Shown one piece after another: positions 28,323 to 36,803 of a DNA stretch of 64,000 bases. The DNA comes from Candidatus Omnitrophota bacterium. GTDB lineage: Bacteria; Omnitrophota; Gorgyraeia; 2-01-FULL-45-10. The stretch lies in contig JAUYOL010000004.1 of NCBI GenBank assembly GCA_030695905.1, forward strand, positions 2,874-66,873. Direction: 5' to 3'. The number at the start of each line of letters is the position of its first letter. Position 1 is the stretch's first letter. The position numbers and the translations under genes are program-made. A model generated the notes under the pieces. That model was given only the letters and a program-made list of their open reading frames with translations. It did no database searches and was not told the origin of the DNA.

Positions 28323-31043
28323 ATGGACTACAAAAATACATTAAATCTACCGAAGACGGATTTCCCGATGAAGGCGGATCTGCCCAATAGGGAGCCGAAG
28401 TTTGTGAAGCATTGGCAGGATATAGGCCTTTATGAGAAGCTGCGCAAACTTTATAAAGGAAAGAAGAAATTTATTCTTCATGACGGGCCGCCATACGCTA
28501 ATGGCAATATACACATGGGCCATGCTCTTAATAAAATATTGAAGGATATAGTGATACGGTATCAAACTATGCGCGGGTTCGATTCGCCATATATCCCCGG
28601 ATGGGACTGCCACGGGCTTCCCGTAGAGCATCAGCTCTTCAAGGAATTGAAGATGACGAAGTACGATATCGACCAGGTAAAGTTTAGGAAGAAAGCGTAT
28701 GACTACGCCATGAAATATGTGGCCATCCAGAGGGAGCAATTTAAGCGTCTTGGAATAATGGGTGGATGGGAAACGCCGTACCTGACTCTTTCAAGGGATT
28801 ATGAGGCCCAGATCGTAAGGTCATTTGGCAAACTGGTGGACAAAGGCTACGTATACAAAGATCTAAAACCGGTCAACTGGTGCGCTACCTGCGAAACGGC
28901 ATTGGCGGAAGCGGAGGTTGAATATGAGAATAAAACCTCGCCGTCCATTTATGTAACGTTTAATCTTAAGGATAATGTCTATTTTATCATCTGGACCACG
29001 ACACCATGGACATTATTGGCAAACGTCGCGATAGCTCTTCACCCTGAAGCTGAATATGTATTTGCGGATGTCGCCGGAGGCAAGACATATATACTCGCTA
29101 AAGCGCTTCTCGATAATGTTATGGCCAAGATCGGGATCAAGGATTATAAGATATCGAAGACCGTTAAAGGTAAAGAACTCGAAGGCCTTGAGGTGAAGCA
29201 TCCTTTTATAGATAGAAAAGCGAAGGTGGTTACCGCAAGCTACGTTTCTATGGAAGATGGCGCCGGCTGTGTTCATACCGCGCCCGGCCACGGGCAGGAA
29301 GATTATATGACGGGTAAGCGCTATAACCTGCCGACTATAATGCCCGTAGACTCAAAAGGTAAATTTGACAGTTCTTGCGGCGAATTCAGCCATATGGATG
29401 TTATAAAAGCGAATAAGCCTATACTTGAAAAACTGGCATCCATTAAACATCTTTTGCATGAAGAAGAGGTCACGCACTCATACCCGCATTGCTGGCGCTG
29501 CAAGAGGCCGATCATCTTCAGGGCAACGGAGCAGTATTTTTTAAGAATAGACCATAAAGATTTAAGAAAGCGCATGCTTAAGAGTATATCTTCGGATATA
29601 AAATGGATACCGCAGGTCGGAGAGTCAAGGATCTCCTCAATGGTAGAGAACAGGCCCGACTGGTGTTTGTCGCGTCAACGGTACTGGGGCGTGCCTATAG
29701 TGGCTTTCTATTGCACTTCATGCAACGAAGTGCTGTTAGACGCAAAAGTTATAGAACATGTGGCGTCTATCTTTGAAAAGGAGAGCGCGGATGCCTGGTT
29801 TATCAATAAAGAAGAGGATCTAATACCAGCGGGAACAAAGTGTAAAAAATGCGGCAAGTCCGGATTCAGAAAAGAGACCGACATCCTTGACGTATGGTTC
29901 GATTCCGGTATAAGCCATCAGGCTGTATTGAAAAATAACAAAGATCTTGATTATCCATGTGAGCTGTATCTGGAAGGCTCCGATCAGCACAGGGGATGGT
30001 TTCAGTCGGCTTTGATAACCGGTATGGGCATCGACGAAAGACCGCCCTATAAGAGCGTACTCACGCATGGTTTTGTTGTAGATGGCGAAGGTAAAAAGAT
30101 GTCGAAGTCTTTGGGGAACGTAATAACGCCCGAAGAAGTCATGAAGAAATATGGCGCAGATATATTGAGATTATGGGTAGCGTCGAGTGACTATTCGGAA
30201 GATATAAGGATGTCGGGTGAGATATTGACGCGCCTGGCAGATGCCTATAGAAAGATCCGCAATACATACAAGTATCTATTGAGTAACTTATATGACTTCG
30301 ATCCTGAAAAAGACAAAGTCGAGTACAAGAATATGCTCGAGATAGACAGGTGGATACTGAATGAACTCGCAGCTCTTGTAAAAGACTCGAGTCGTAACTA
30401 TGAGACTTACGCGTTCCATAAAGTGTATCGGGATGTGTATAATTTCTGCGTTAATGAAGTCTCGTCTATATATCTTGATGTGTTGAAGGACAGGATGTAT
30501 ACATTTTCAAAGTCTTCTCCGGAGAGGAAAAGCGGCCAGACCGCGATGTTCGAGGTGCTTTCGGCGCTATTAAAGATAATGGCGCCTCTGTTAGCGGTTA
30601 CGACCGATGAAGCATGGGGATATCTGTCGGTCAAAGATAAAAAAGAGTCGGTTCATTTAGAGTCATGGCCGGATGAGAGCATATGTCAAAAGTGGATAGA
30701 TAAAGAGCTTGAGGATAAATGGAAAGTCCTGGCGGGTGTCAGAGAAACGGTATTGAAGAAGATAGAAGAGAAGCGTTCCCGGGGAGATATAGGCGCGAGC
30801 CTCGAGGCGGCGGTTACAGTGGTGACCAACGATGCTAAGACAATGAAGATATTGTCAGAGGATAAAGATTTCCTGCGGTATCTATTTATAGTTTCACAGG
30901 CCAATATTGAAGAAGGTGAGCCGGACATATTGGTTCAGAAGGCCGCAGGGATAAAGTGTTCAAGATGTTGGAATTATAGCGACACGGTAGGCATGGATAA
31001 GGCCCATCCTACACTTTGTGAAAGATGCATAAAGAATATTTAG
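28323..31043 (+). CDS. ileS: Isoleucine--tRNA ligase (start taken at ATG 28323)
   Basis: Has HMGH and KMSKS motifs. The N-terminus MDYKNTLNLPKTDFPMKADL is canonical. A C-terminal zinc finger (CSRCWNYS...CERC) is present. Confidence 0.95.
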   Translation: MDYKNTLNLPKTDFPMKADLPNREPKFVKHWQDIGLYEKLRKLYKGKKKFILHDGPPYANGNIHMGHALNKILKDIVIRYQTMRGFDSPYIPGWDCHGLPVEHQLFKELKMTKYDIDQVKFRKKAYDYAMKYVAIQREQFKRLGIMGGWETPYLTLSRDYEAQIVRSFGKLVDKGYVYKDLKPVNWCATCETALAEAEVEYENKTSPSIYVTFNLKDNVYFIIWTTTPWTLLANVAIALHPEAEYVFADVAGGKTYILAKALLDNVMAKIGIKDYKISKTVKGKELEGLEVKHPFIDRKAKVVTASYVSMEDGAGCVHTAPGHGQEDYMTGKRYNLPTIMPVDSKGKFDSSCGEFSHMDVIKANKPILEKLASIKHLLHEEEVTHSYPHCWRCKRPIIFRATEQYFLRIDHKDLRKRMLKSISSDIKWIPQVGESRISSMVENRPDWCLSRQRYWGVPIVAFYCTSCNEVLLDAKVIEHVASIFEKESADAWFINKEEDLIPAGTKCKKCGKSGFRKETDILDVWFDSGISHQAVLKNNKDLDYPCELYLEGSDQHRGWFQSALITGMGIDERPPYKSVLTHGFVVDGEGKKMSKSLGNVITPEEVMKKYGADILRLWVASSDYSEDIRMSGEILTRLADAYRKIRNTYKYLLSNLYDFDPEKDKVEYKNMLEIDRWILNELAALVKDSSRNYETYAFHKVYRDVYNFCVNEVSSIYLDVLKDRMYTFSKSSPERKSGQTAMFEVLSALLKIMAPLLAVTTDEAWGYLSVKDKKESVHLESWPDESICQKWIDKELEDKWKVLAGVRETVLKKIEEKRSRGDIGASLEAAVTVVTNDAKTMKILSEDKDFLRYLFIVSQANIEEGEPDILVQKAAGIKCSRCWNYSDTVGMDKAHPTLCERCIKNI

Positions 31044-31169
31044 GGTCTATTTCGCTGTTCAACATGTATAATTCGGGTACAGCTTCGTAGGACTTCGCTA
31101 CTGATTCCTGCGAAGCCCTACCAGTTATGATAGGTTGAAGGGCGGAGCAGAAAAGGAGAATAAGGTAAT

Positions 31170-31646
31170 ATGAAGAAAAAGAATAAGATGATCAAGAAGA
31201 AAGCGGTAAAAAGAATGAAAGTAAAAGCGAAGAACGCTGTGAAGAAAGCAGAGAAGACGTTTAAGATTAAAAAAATGTCAAGCAAGGATCTGAAGAAATA
31301 TAAAGAGCTTCTTCTCAAGGAACGCGAGAAGATCGGGAGCGGCATTAATCACATAGCCCAGGATACGCTCAAGACATCCCAAAGGGACGCGTCGGGGGAT
31401 CTTTCCGGTTACTCATTTCATATGGCGGATATGGCCAGCGACAACTATGAAGTAGAATTCTCTTTAGGCAGAGCCAGTGACGAACAGGATGTTCTCTACT
31501 CTATAGATGAGGCATTGAAGAGGGTGGCGGATGGCACATACGGCAATTGTCCGCAGTGCGGAAAACAGATACCGAAAAGACGGCTTGACGCCATACCGCA
31601 TACGGAACTTTGTATAGCTTGCCAGTCCAAGAATGAAAGCAAATGA
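31170..31646 (+). CDS. DksA/TraR family C4-type zinc-finger protein with a lysine-rich N-terminal extension
   Basis: The C-terminus has CPQCGKQIPKRRLDAIPHTELCIAC. A good SD (AAGGAG) precedes ATG 31170. Residues 1-35 are K-rich. Its position between ileS and lspA mirrors ylyA in Firmicutes. Confidence 0.75.
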   Translation: MKKKNKMIKKKAVKRMKVKAKNAVKKAEKTFKIKKMSSKDLKKYKELLLKEREKIGSGINHIAQDTLKTSQRDASGDLSGYSFHMADMASDNYEVEFSLGRASDEQDVLYSIDEALKRVADGTYGNCPQCGKQIPKRRLDAIPHTELCIACQSKNESK

Positions 31647-32092
31647 CCTGTCTGGTTTTGATAGCGTCGCTGGTTATCATAATTGACAGACTTGCCAAGT
31701 TTCTGGTATTCAACAATATGCTCGAAGGGCAGTCCGTAGAAATCTTGCCCAAGATTTTTCACATCACACTGGTGTTGAATACCGGTGCAGCCTTTGGATT
31801 ATTCAAAGACAAAAACCAATTCTTCATAGTCATGTCTTTCATCGTTGTCGCGCTTATATTTGCGTACGTATGGCTCGGCAAGCGCAAGGACCTCGTCAGC
31901 TTAAGCGCGCTGGGCCTTATTCTTGGCGGAGCGGCCGGCAACGTGATAGACCGCCTTATATTTGGCCATATTATAGATTTCCTGGATTTTCGCGTATGGC
32001 CCGTATTCAATGTGGCCGATTCATCAATAACTATTGGCGCTGTATTACTGGTTTTGAGGTTATTCTCCGGTAAAAAATGCTGTACTCAATAG
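31643..32092 (+). CDS. lspA: Lipoprotein signal peptidase II
   Basis: Has the conserved NTGAAFGLF and FNVADSSITIGAVLL motifs and 4 TM segments. Confidence 0.9.
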   Translation: MTCLVLIASLVIIIDRLAKFLVFNNMLEGQSVEILPKIFHITLVLNTGAAFGLFKDKNQFFIVMSFIVVALIFAYVWLGKRKDLVSLSALGLILGGAAGNVIDRLIFGHIIDFLDFRVWPVFNVADSSITIGAVLLVLRLFSGKKCCTQ

Positions 32093-33309
32093 GATTTTTT
32101 ATATTTTCACTGCTTTATCTGCCTACCCTTATCTTTAAGGGCAAGCTTCACGCGGATTTTGGCGAGAGGTTTGCCATATTTGATAAGATGAAGGAGAGGG
32201 CTCTGCTTTCCGGCAGGGACCGCATATGGATACAGGCGGTTAGTGTAGGCGAAGTCGCGCTTTGTAAGAGCTTTATACCGGTTTTGAAAGAAAAATTCCC
32301 GGATCGGGATATAGTCATTTCGACTATAACCAAGGCAGGGAATGACCTGGCCCGAAAAATTTTCGGCAAAGATGTTGTAATCATATATTTTCCTCTCGAT
32401 TTTAAGGCTATAGTTAGAAAAACGATAAGCCTGATTAAACCCGCTTTATATATAATGATAGAGACTGAGATATGGCCCAATCTTTTGGCGGAGCTTTCTT
32501 CGCGCGCTATATCTTCAGCGCTTATTAACGGCAGGATATCCGATCGTTCCATAGGAAAATACAGGTTCGCAAAGCCATTTTTGAAGAAGACCCTGGAAAG
32601 TATAAATATATTTTGTATGCAGGATAGCATAGATGCCGAGAGAATAATAGAATTGGGCGCGCCGAAGGAGAGGGTAAGGATAACGGGCAATATGAAATTC
32701 GATATAGAGCTTCCGGCAAATGTAAAAGATATCGAGGCGGTACGCGACCTGTTTGGGCTCAAAGCTGGCGAAGAGCTATTCGTAGCAGGGAGTACGCGCG
32801 AGGGCGAAGAAGAGATTGTTCTCGATGTATTTAATAGGCTTTTGGCCGATTTCCCGAATTTAAGGCTGCTCATAGCCCCAAGGCATATTGATAGGGCAGT
32901 CCAGATCGATAAGTTAATACAGACCCTGACCCCAGATTCTAAATCCCGGATTATATTGCTCGACACGATAGGCCATCTTAATGAGGCGTACTCTGTCGCA
33001 ACTATTGTTTTTGTAGGCGGCAGTCTTATAAAACACGGGGGGCATAATCCTATAGAGCCGGCATATTTTGCCAAGCCGATACTCTTCGGGCTTAATATGT
33101 TTAATTTTAAATATATCGCAGCCGTTTTTTTAAGGAACAAGGCCGCGCTGCAGGTTTTTAACGGTGAAGACCTTTACGAAAAATGTAAACTTCTTTTACG
33201 TGATGCCGCAGCAAGGGGCCTTTTGGGTAAAAATGCGAAGAAGACGATCGTTGAAAATGCCGGCGCGACGGGGAAAAATGTTATCGAAATCGCGGGAGTC
33301 TTGAAATGA
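32077..33309 (+). CDS. waaA: 3-deoxy-D-manno-octulosonic acid (Kdo) transferase
   Basis: N-terminal RIWIQAVSVGEV matches the Kdo transferase signature. It has a GT-B C-terminal domain and lies adjacent to lpxK. Confidence 0.88.
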   Translation: MLYSIGFFIFSLLYLPTLIFKGKLHADFGERFAIFDKMKERALLSGRDRIWIQAVSVGEVALCKSFIPVLKEKFPDRDIVISTITKAGNDLARKIFGKDVVIIYFPLDFKAIVRKTISLIKPALYIMIETEIWPNLLAELSSRAISSALINGRISDRSIGKYRFAKPFLKKTLESINIFCMQDSIDAERIIELGAPKERVRITGNMKFDIELPANVKDIEAVRDLFGLKAGEELFVAGSTREGEEEIVLDVFNRLLADFPNLRLLIAPRHIDRAVQIDKLIQTLTPDSKSRIILLDTIGHLNEAYSVATIVFVGGSLIKHGGHNPIEPAYFAKPILFGLNMFNFKYIAAVFLRNKAALQVFNGEDLYEKCKLLLRDAAARGLLGKNAKKTIVENAGATGKNVIEIAGVLK

Positions 33310-34343
33310 GGGACTTCATATATTCGTTAATGACCGATAAGAAGAATGGTTTTTTCTACGACATCTTTAAATTTAAGCTCTATCTGGTTTCGCTTATATA
33401 TGGTTTCGCTATAGCGGTCAGAAGAGTCTTTTATAAATTCGGCATATTTAAGATGCGTAAGGCGCCCCTTAAGGTTATAAGCGTCGGGAACATAACTTTA
33501 GGCGGTACGGGTAAGACGCCTTTCGTGGTGACACTGGGCCACATTTTAGAGTCGGAGCTTAAGAAGAACGCGTGTGTGCTTATACGCGGTTATGGCTGGG
33601 ACGAGCAGGCGATGCTGAAGAATAAACTCACCGATATACCGGTTCTTGTAGGCGAAGACAGGGCGCGCTCGGCTTTGAAAGCGGTTAAGCTTTATGGTTC
33701 AAATACAGCGATACTTGACGATGGATTTCAGCATTGGGAGCTTGGCCGGGATCTTGATATAGTGCTTGTCGATTCAAGGAATCCTTTCGGTAATTTGCAA
33801 TTATTTCCCAGGGGAGTATTAAGAGAGCCCAAAAAGGCTTTGCAGAGGGCTGACATTATAGTTTTTACGAAAACTGACGGAAAGAATATCAATTTGGAAA
33901 ATTTAAAGGCCGAGGCAGGCAATATAAACAGAACCGCTGTTTTTTTGGAAGCTGTTCATAAGCCGACTTATTTATATGAGAACAAAACTAGGATCACGCG
34001 CGATCTTTCTTATGTAAAGGGCAAGCGCGTTATCTTATTCTCAAGCATAGGCGATCCGTCGCATTTTGAAGAGACCGTCAGGGCCATGGGCGCGGAAGTG
34101 GTCGAGCACATAAAATTTACGGATCACCATAACTACAAGAAGAGCGACATAGAGCATATTTTAAAAAGATGCAGCGAAAGAAGTTTTGACTTCGTGCTTA
34201 CGACAGAAAAGGATATCGTGAAATTAAACAGGCTCGGGCTGTATATTGGATCCTATACAGTCATGGTTGTAGTGATAAACCTTGAAATAACGCTGGGGAA
34301 GGAGATCTTGATTGATAGACTCAATCGCCTCTATACTCGTTAG
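33306..34343 (+). CDS. lpxK: Tetraacyldisaccharide 4'-kinase
   Basis: VISVGNITLGGTGKTP is the LpxK P-loop. The gene overlaps waaA by 4 nt. Confidence 0.9.
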   Translation: MRDFIYSLMTDKKNGFFYDIFKFKLYLVSLIYGFAIAVRRVFYKFGIFKMRKAPLKVISVGNITLGGTGKTPFVVTLGHILESELKKNACVLIRGYGWDEQAMLKNKLTDIPVLVGEDRARSALKAVKLYGSNTAILDDGFQHWELGRDLDIVLVDSRNPFGNLQLFPRGVLREPKKALQRADIIVFTKTDGKNINLENLKAEAGNINRTAVFLEAVHKPTYLYENKTRITRDLSYVKGKRVILFSSIGDPSHFEETVRAMGAEVVEHIKFTDHHNYKKSDIEHILKRCSERSFDFVLTTEKDIVKLNRLGLYIGSYTVMVVVINLEITLGKEILIDRLNRLYTR

Positions 34344-36255
34344 AGGGCTGAATATCATATTTCATTTTATTCCAATAGAGTTCAACCTTTGGATAGGCAG
34401 GCGTATAGGTTCCGCTGCCTTCTTTATTAATAAGAAAAGGCGCATGATAGCCTACGCCAATCTTAAGGCAGCGTTCGCGAACGAGAAGCCCCCGAAAGAG
34501 TTGCGTGCGATCACTAAAAGAGTTTATATAAACCTCGTCCAAAGCTTTGCCGAGATCTTAAGCCTTACCAAGGTAAGTAAATCCTATGTGAATAAATATG
34601 TTGAAGTTGTAAATATGAACCGTATAGAGGACGCCGGGAAATCAGGCAGGGGCACCATACTTCTCACGGCTCACTACGGCGACTGGGAACTGTCGAGCCT
34701 GGTAAGCGCTATGAAGGGTTTTCCTATAACGGTCCTTGCCCGCGAGCAGAAGATGAAACGGCTTAATGAACTTTTAAACCGCCTCAGAGAGTCGAAGGGA
34801 TGTAAGGTTGTAAGGAAGGGGATGTCCACAAAGCTTATCTTCAAAGAACTTTATAAGAAGGATATGGTAGGGATATTGTCGGATCAGGATGCCGGCAAGA
34901 ACGGTACTTTTGTAAACTTTTTTGGCAGGCCAACATCGGCGCATGTCGGGCCTTTTGAAATAGCCAAGCATACGGATTCTATAATATTACCCAATTTTAT
35001 CGTAAGGACGGCCGGTCCATTTCATAAATTATACCTGGAAGATTACATAGATATGAGGGATGCCAAAACTCAGGAAGATGTGAAGGATAGTCTGCAGAAA
35101 TATATGTCTTTGCTGGAAAAGTACATCAGGCAGTATCCTGATCAGTGGTTATGGCTTCACAAGAGGTGGAAATCCACCCCAAAAAGGACCATCCTTGTTT
35201 TAAATGACGGCAAGGCGGGCCATCTGAACCAATCGCTTGCGGTAGCGCGCGAGATACAGAGGGCGAGGATGACCCAGGGATACAAAATAGAGGATACTTC
35301 AATAGTTACGGTGAGTGTTGAGTATAAAAACAAATTATTAAGACTTCTATTGGCATGTATTGTGCCCTTTGCAAGTTGGCGCTGTCAGGGCCGCATGTAT
35401 TGCTTGAGGATGTGCCTGAAGAAAGATTCTTACGAAAATTTAATGAAGACATACGCGGAATTTATAGTCTCCTGCGGTTCGAGCTTAGCTCCCGTGAATG
35501 TATTTATGAAAAAGGAAAACAACGCCAGGAATGTTGTAATTATGAAGCCGTGCCTTTTATTCGGTTTAAGAAAGTTTAATTTTATAATCGCGCCCAAACA
35601 TGACAGAATATGTGAACGTAAAAATGTTGTTATTACGACTTTAGCGCCCAATCTGGTGGACAGCCAGGCGCTGAAAGCCGCGGGAGAGAAATTGTCGGCC
35701 GGTGTGCGACTTGAAGGCAACAAGGTTATGGGGCTTCTGATAGGCGGCGATAATCCGGAGTTCAGGCTTTCGGGAGATTTATTAAAAAAAGTCATAAACG
35801 ATGTGCTCAAAGTTTGCGAATCGAATAACGCGGATCTGCTGGTAACGACTTCCAGGCGCACAAATAAAGAGCAGGAGTCGATTATAAAATCTATGTTACA
35901 GGGTAACTCCAGATGTAAACTGCTTGTAATAGCGAATGAGAGCAATCCAGAAGAGACGCTGACAGGCATACTGGCCTTAAGTAACGTCGCTATCGTTTCG
36001 GGCGAATCAATATCAATGATTTCCGAGGCGGTGAGTTCAGGTAAAAAGACAGTAGCTTTTGGCCTTAAGAAGAAGAAAAATTCTATTACAAAACACGAAC
36101 GTGTTCTCGAAAATCTGGCAAGAGATGGGTACATATCAATAGCCAGGGCCGGAGAGATGATATCGCTGGCCTCAAGAGCGCTAAAAGACACGTCGCCCGC
36201 GAAAAAGGTCGGAGATACGGACAAAATTTACGAAGCCATGAGGGCGCTCATATAA
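34312..36255 (+). CDS. Two-domain protein: N-terminal LpxL/HtrB-family lipid A acyltransferase fused to a C-terminal ELM1/GtrOC1-like putative glycosyltransferase domain (647 aa)
   Basis: Residues 1-290 have the lysophospholipid-acyltransferase HX4D-type motif (LTAHYGDWEL) and the LpxL fold. Residues 300-647 resemble the ELM1/DUF1022 family (KAGHLNQSLAVA ... LLIGGDNPEF ... VIANESNPEE). The C-terminal domain assignment is recalled and unverified. Confidence 0.65.
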   Translation: MIDSIASILVRGLNIIFHFIPIEFNLWIGRRIGSAAFFINKKRRMIAYANLKAAFANEKPPKELRAITKRVYINLVQSFAEILSLTKVSKSYVNKYVEVVNMNRIEDAGKSGRGTILLTAHYGDWELSSLVSAMKGFPITVLAREQKMKRLNELLNRLRESKGCKVVRKGMSTKLIFKELYKKDMVGILSDQDAGKNGTFVNFFGRPTSAHVGPFEIAKHTDSIILPNFIVRTAGPFHKLYLEDYIDMRDAKTQEDVKDSLQKYMSLLEKYIRQYPDQWLWLHKRWKSTPKRTILVLNDGKAGHLNQSLAVAREIQRARMTQGYKIEDTSIVTVSVEYKNKLLRLLLACIVPFASWRCQGRMYCLRMCLKKDSYENLMKTYAEFIVSCGSSLAPVNVFMKKENNARNVVIMKPCLLFGLRKFNFIIAPKHDRICERKNVVITTLAPNLVDSQALKAAGEKLSAGVRLEGNKVMGLLIGGDNPEFRLSGDLLKKVINDVLKVCESNNADLLVTTSRRTNKEQESIIKSMLQGNSRCKLLVIANESNPEETLTGILALSNVAIVSGESISMISEAVSSGKKTVAFGLKKKKNSITKHERVLENLARDGYISIARAGEMISLASRALKDTSPAKKVGDTDKIYEAMRALI

Positions 36256-36270
36256 AATTTTTCTCATGCT

Positions 36271-36471
36271 GCACGGCGGACCTTGCGGGATTCCACCTTC
36301 AGCGGACATAAATTTGGATTGGGCATCCAAATTTACTCGGAAAATTTTTGATGGCCGTCTAACCTGGCAACTATTATACAATTGCCCAGTTTGTCCGGCC
36401 GTTCTGGATCGCCAAAAGGAATCAAAATTTTTGACGCCGCTTCAGGCGGAATCCCGCAAGGTCCGCCTGTG
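36271..36471. repeat. GC-rich 201-nt structured element bounded by 35-nt imperfect inverted repeats (20-bp perfect core GGCGGACCTTGCGGGATTCC), with internal hairpins. Candidate ncRNA or MITE-like element.
   Basis: The left arm (36271-36305) pairs with the right arm (36437-36471). An internal hairpin AAATTTGGAT-tgggc-ATCCAAATTT lies at 36311-36334. Further complementarity includes TGGCAA/TTGCC and GGCCG/CGGCC. The only ORFs here are two mirror-image artefacts. Confidence 0.55.
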
Positions 36472-36803
36472 AAATGGGCGAAAAATTTTACGATCTGAGG
36501 CAGTTTAGGCCTAACCCTTTTGATCAAGAACAGCTCAGGCTAATATTAAGAGAGCAAGAAAAAATATTGAAAAAATAGTAAATGATAATTTATGATTTGG
36601 GTAGATTTGGCAGGTTGGGAAGCACAAAGGATTTTGTAAGTGGCCATTGTAAAACCTAAAATTATAGTTATGTAAGCACAATAAAAATGTTAGGTCTTTT
36701 GTAATGACGAAAAACGGTTATATTTAACATTTTTCTTATAAGATTTTTATCTTATTTGTGCGAACATAACGAGTTTTAGGTTTAAAGGAAGCACGAAAAG
36801 TTT

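Noticed and set aside
36266-36527. Two small overlapping ORFs (68 aa on +, 64 aa on -) that both contain GGPCGIPP
   Set aside because: They are mirror images created by the 35-nt inverted repeat. The region is better explained as a structured non-coding element.
36530-36803. AT-rich 270-nt ORF-free region upstream of the GT4-GT9 gene, scanned for a clear promoter or riboswitch
   Set aside because: It contains several weak -10-like hexamers and an AAGCAC motif three times, but no convincing -35/-10 pair or conserved riboswitch core. It is reported only as the likely promoter region of the core-OS operon.
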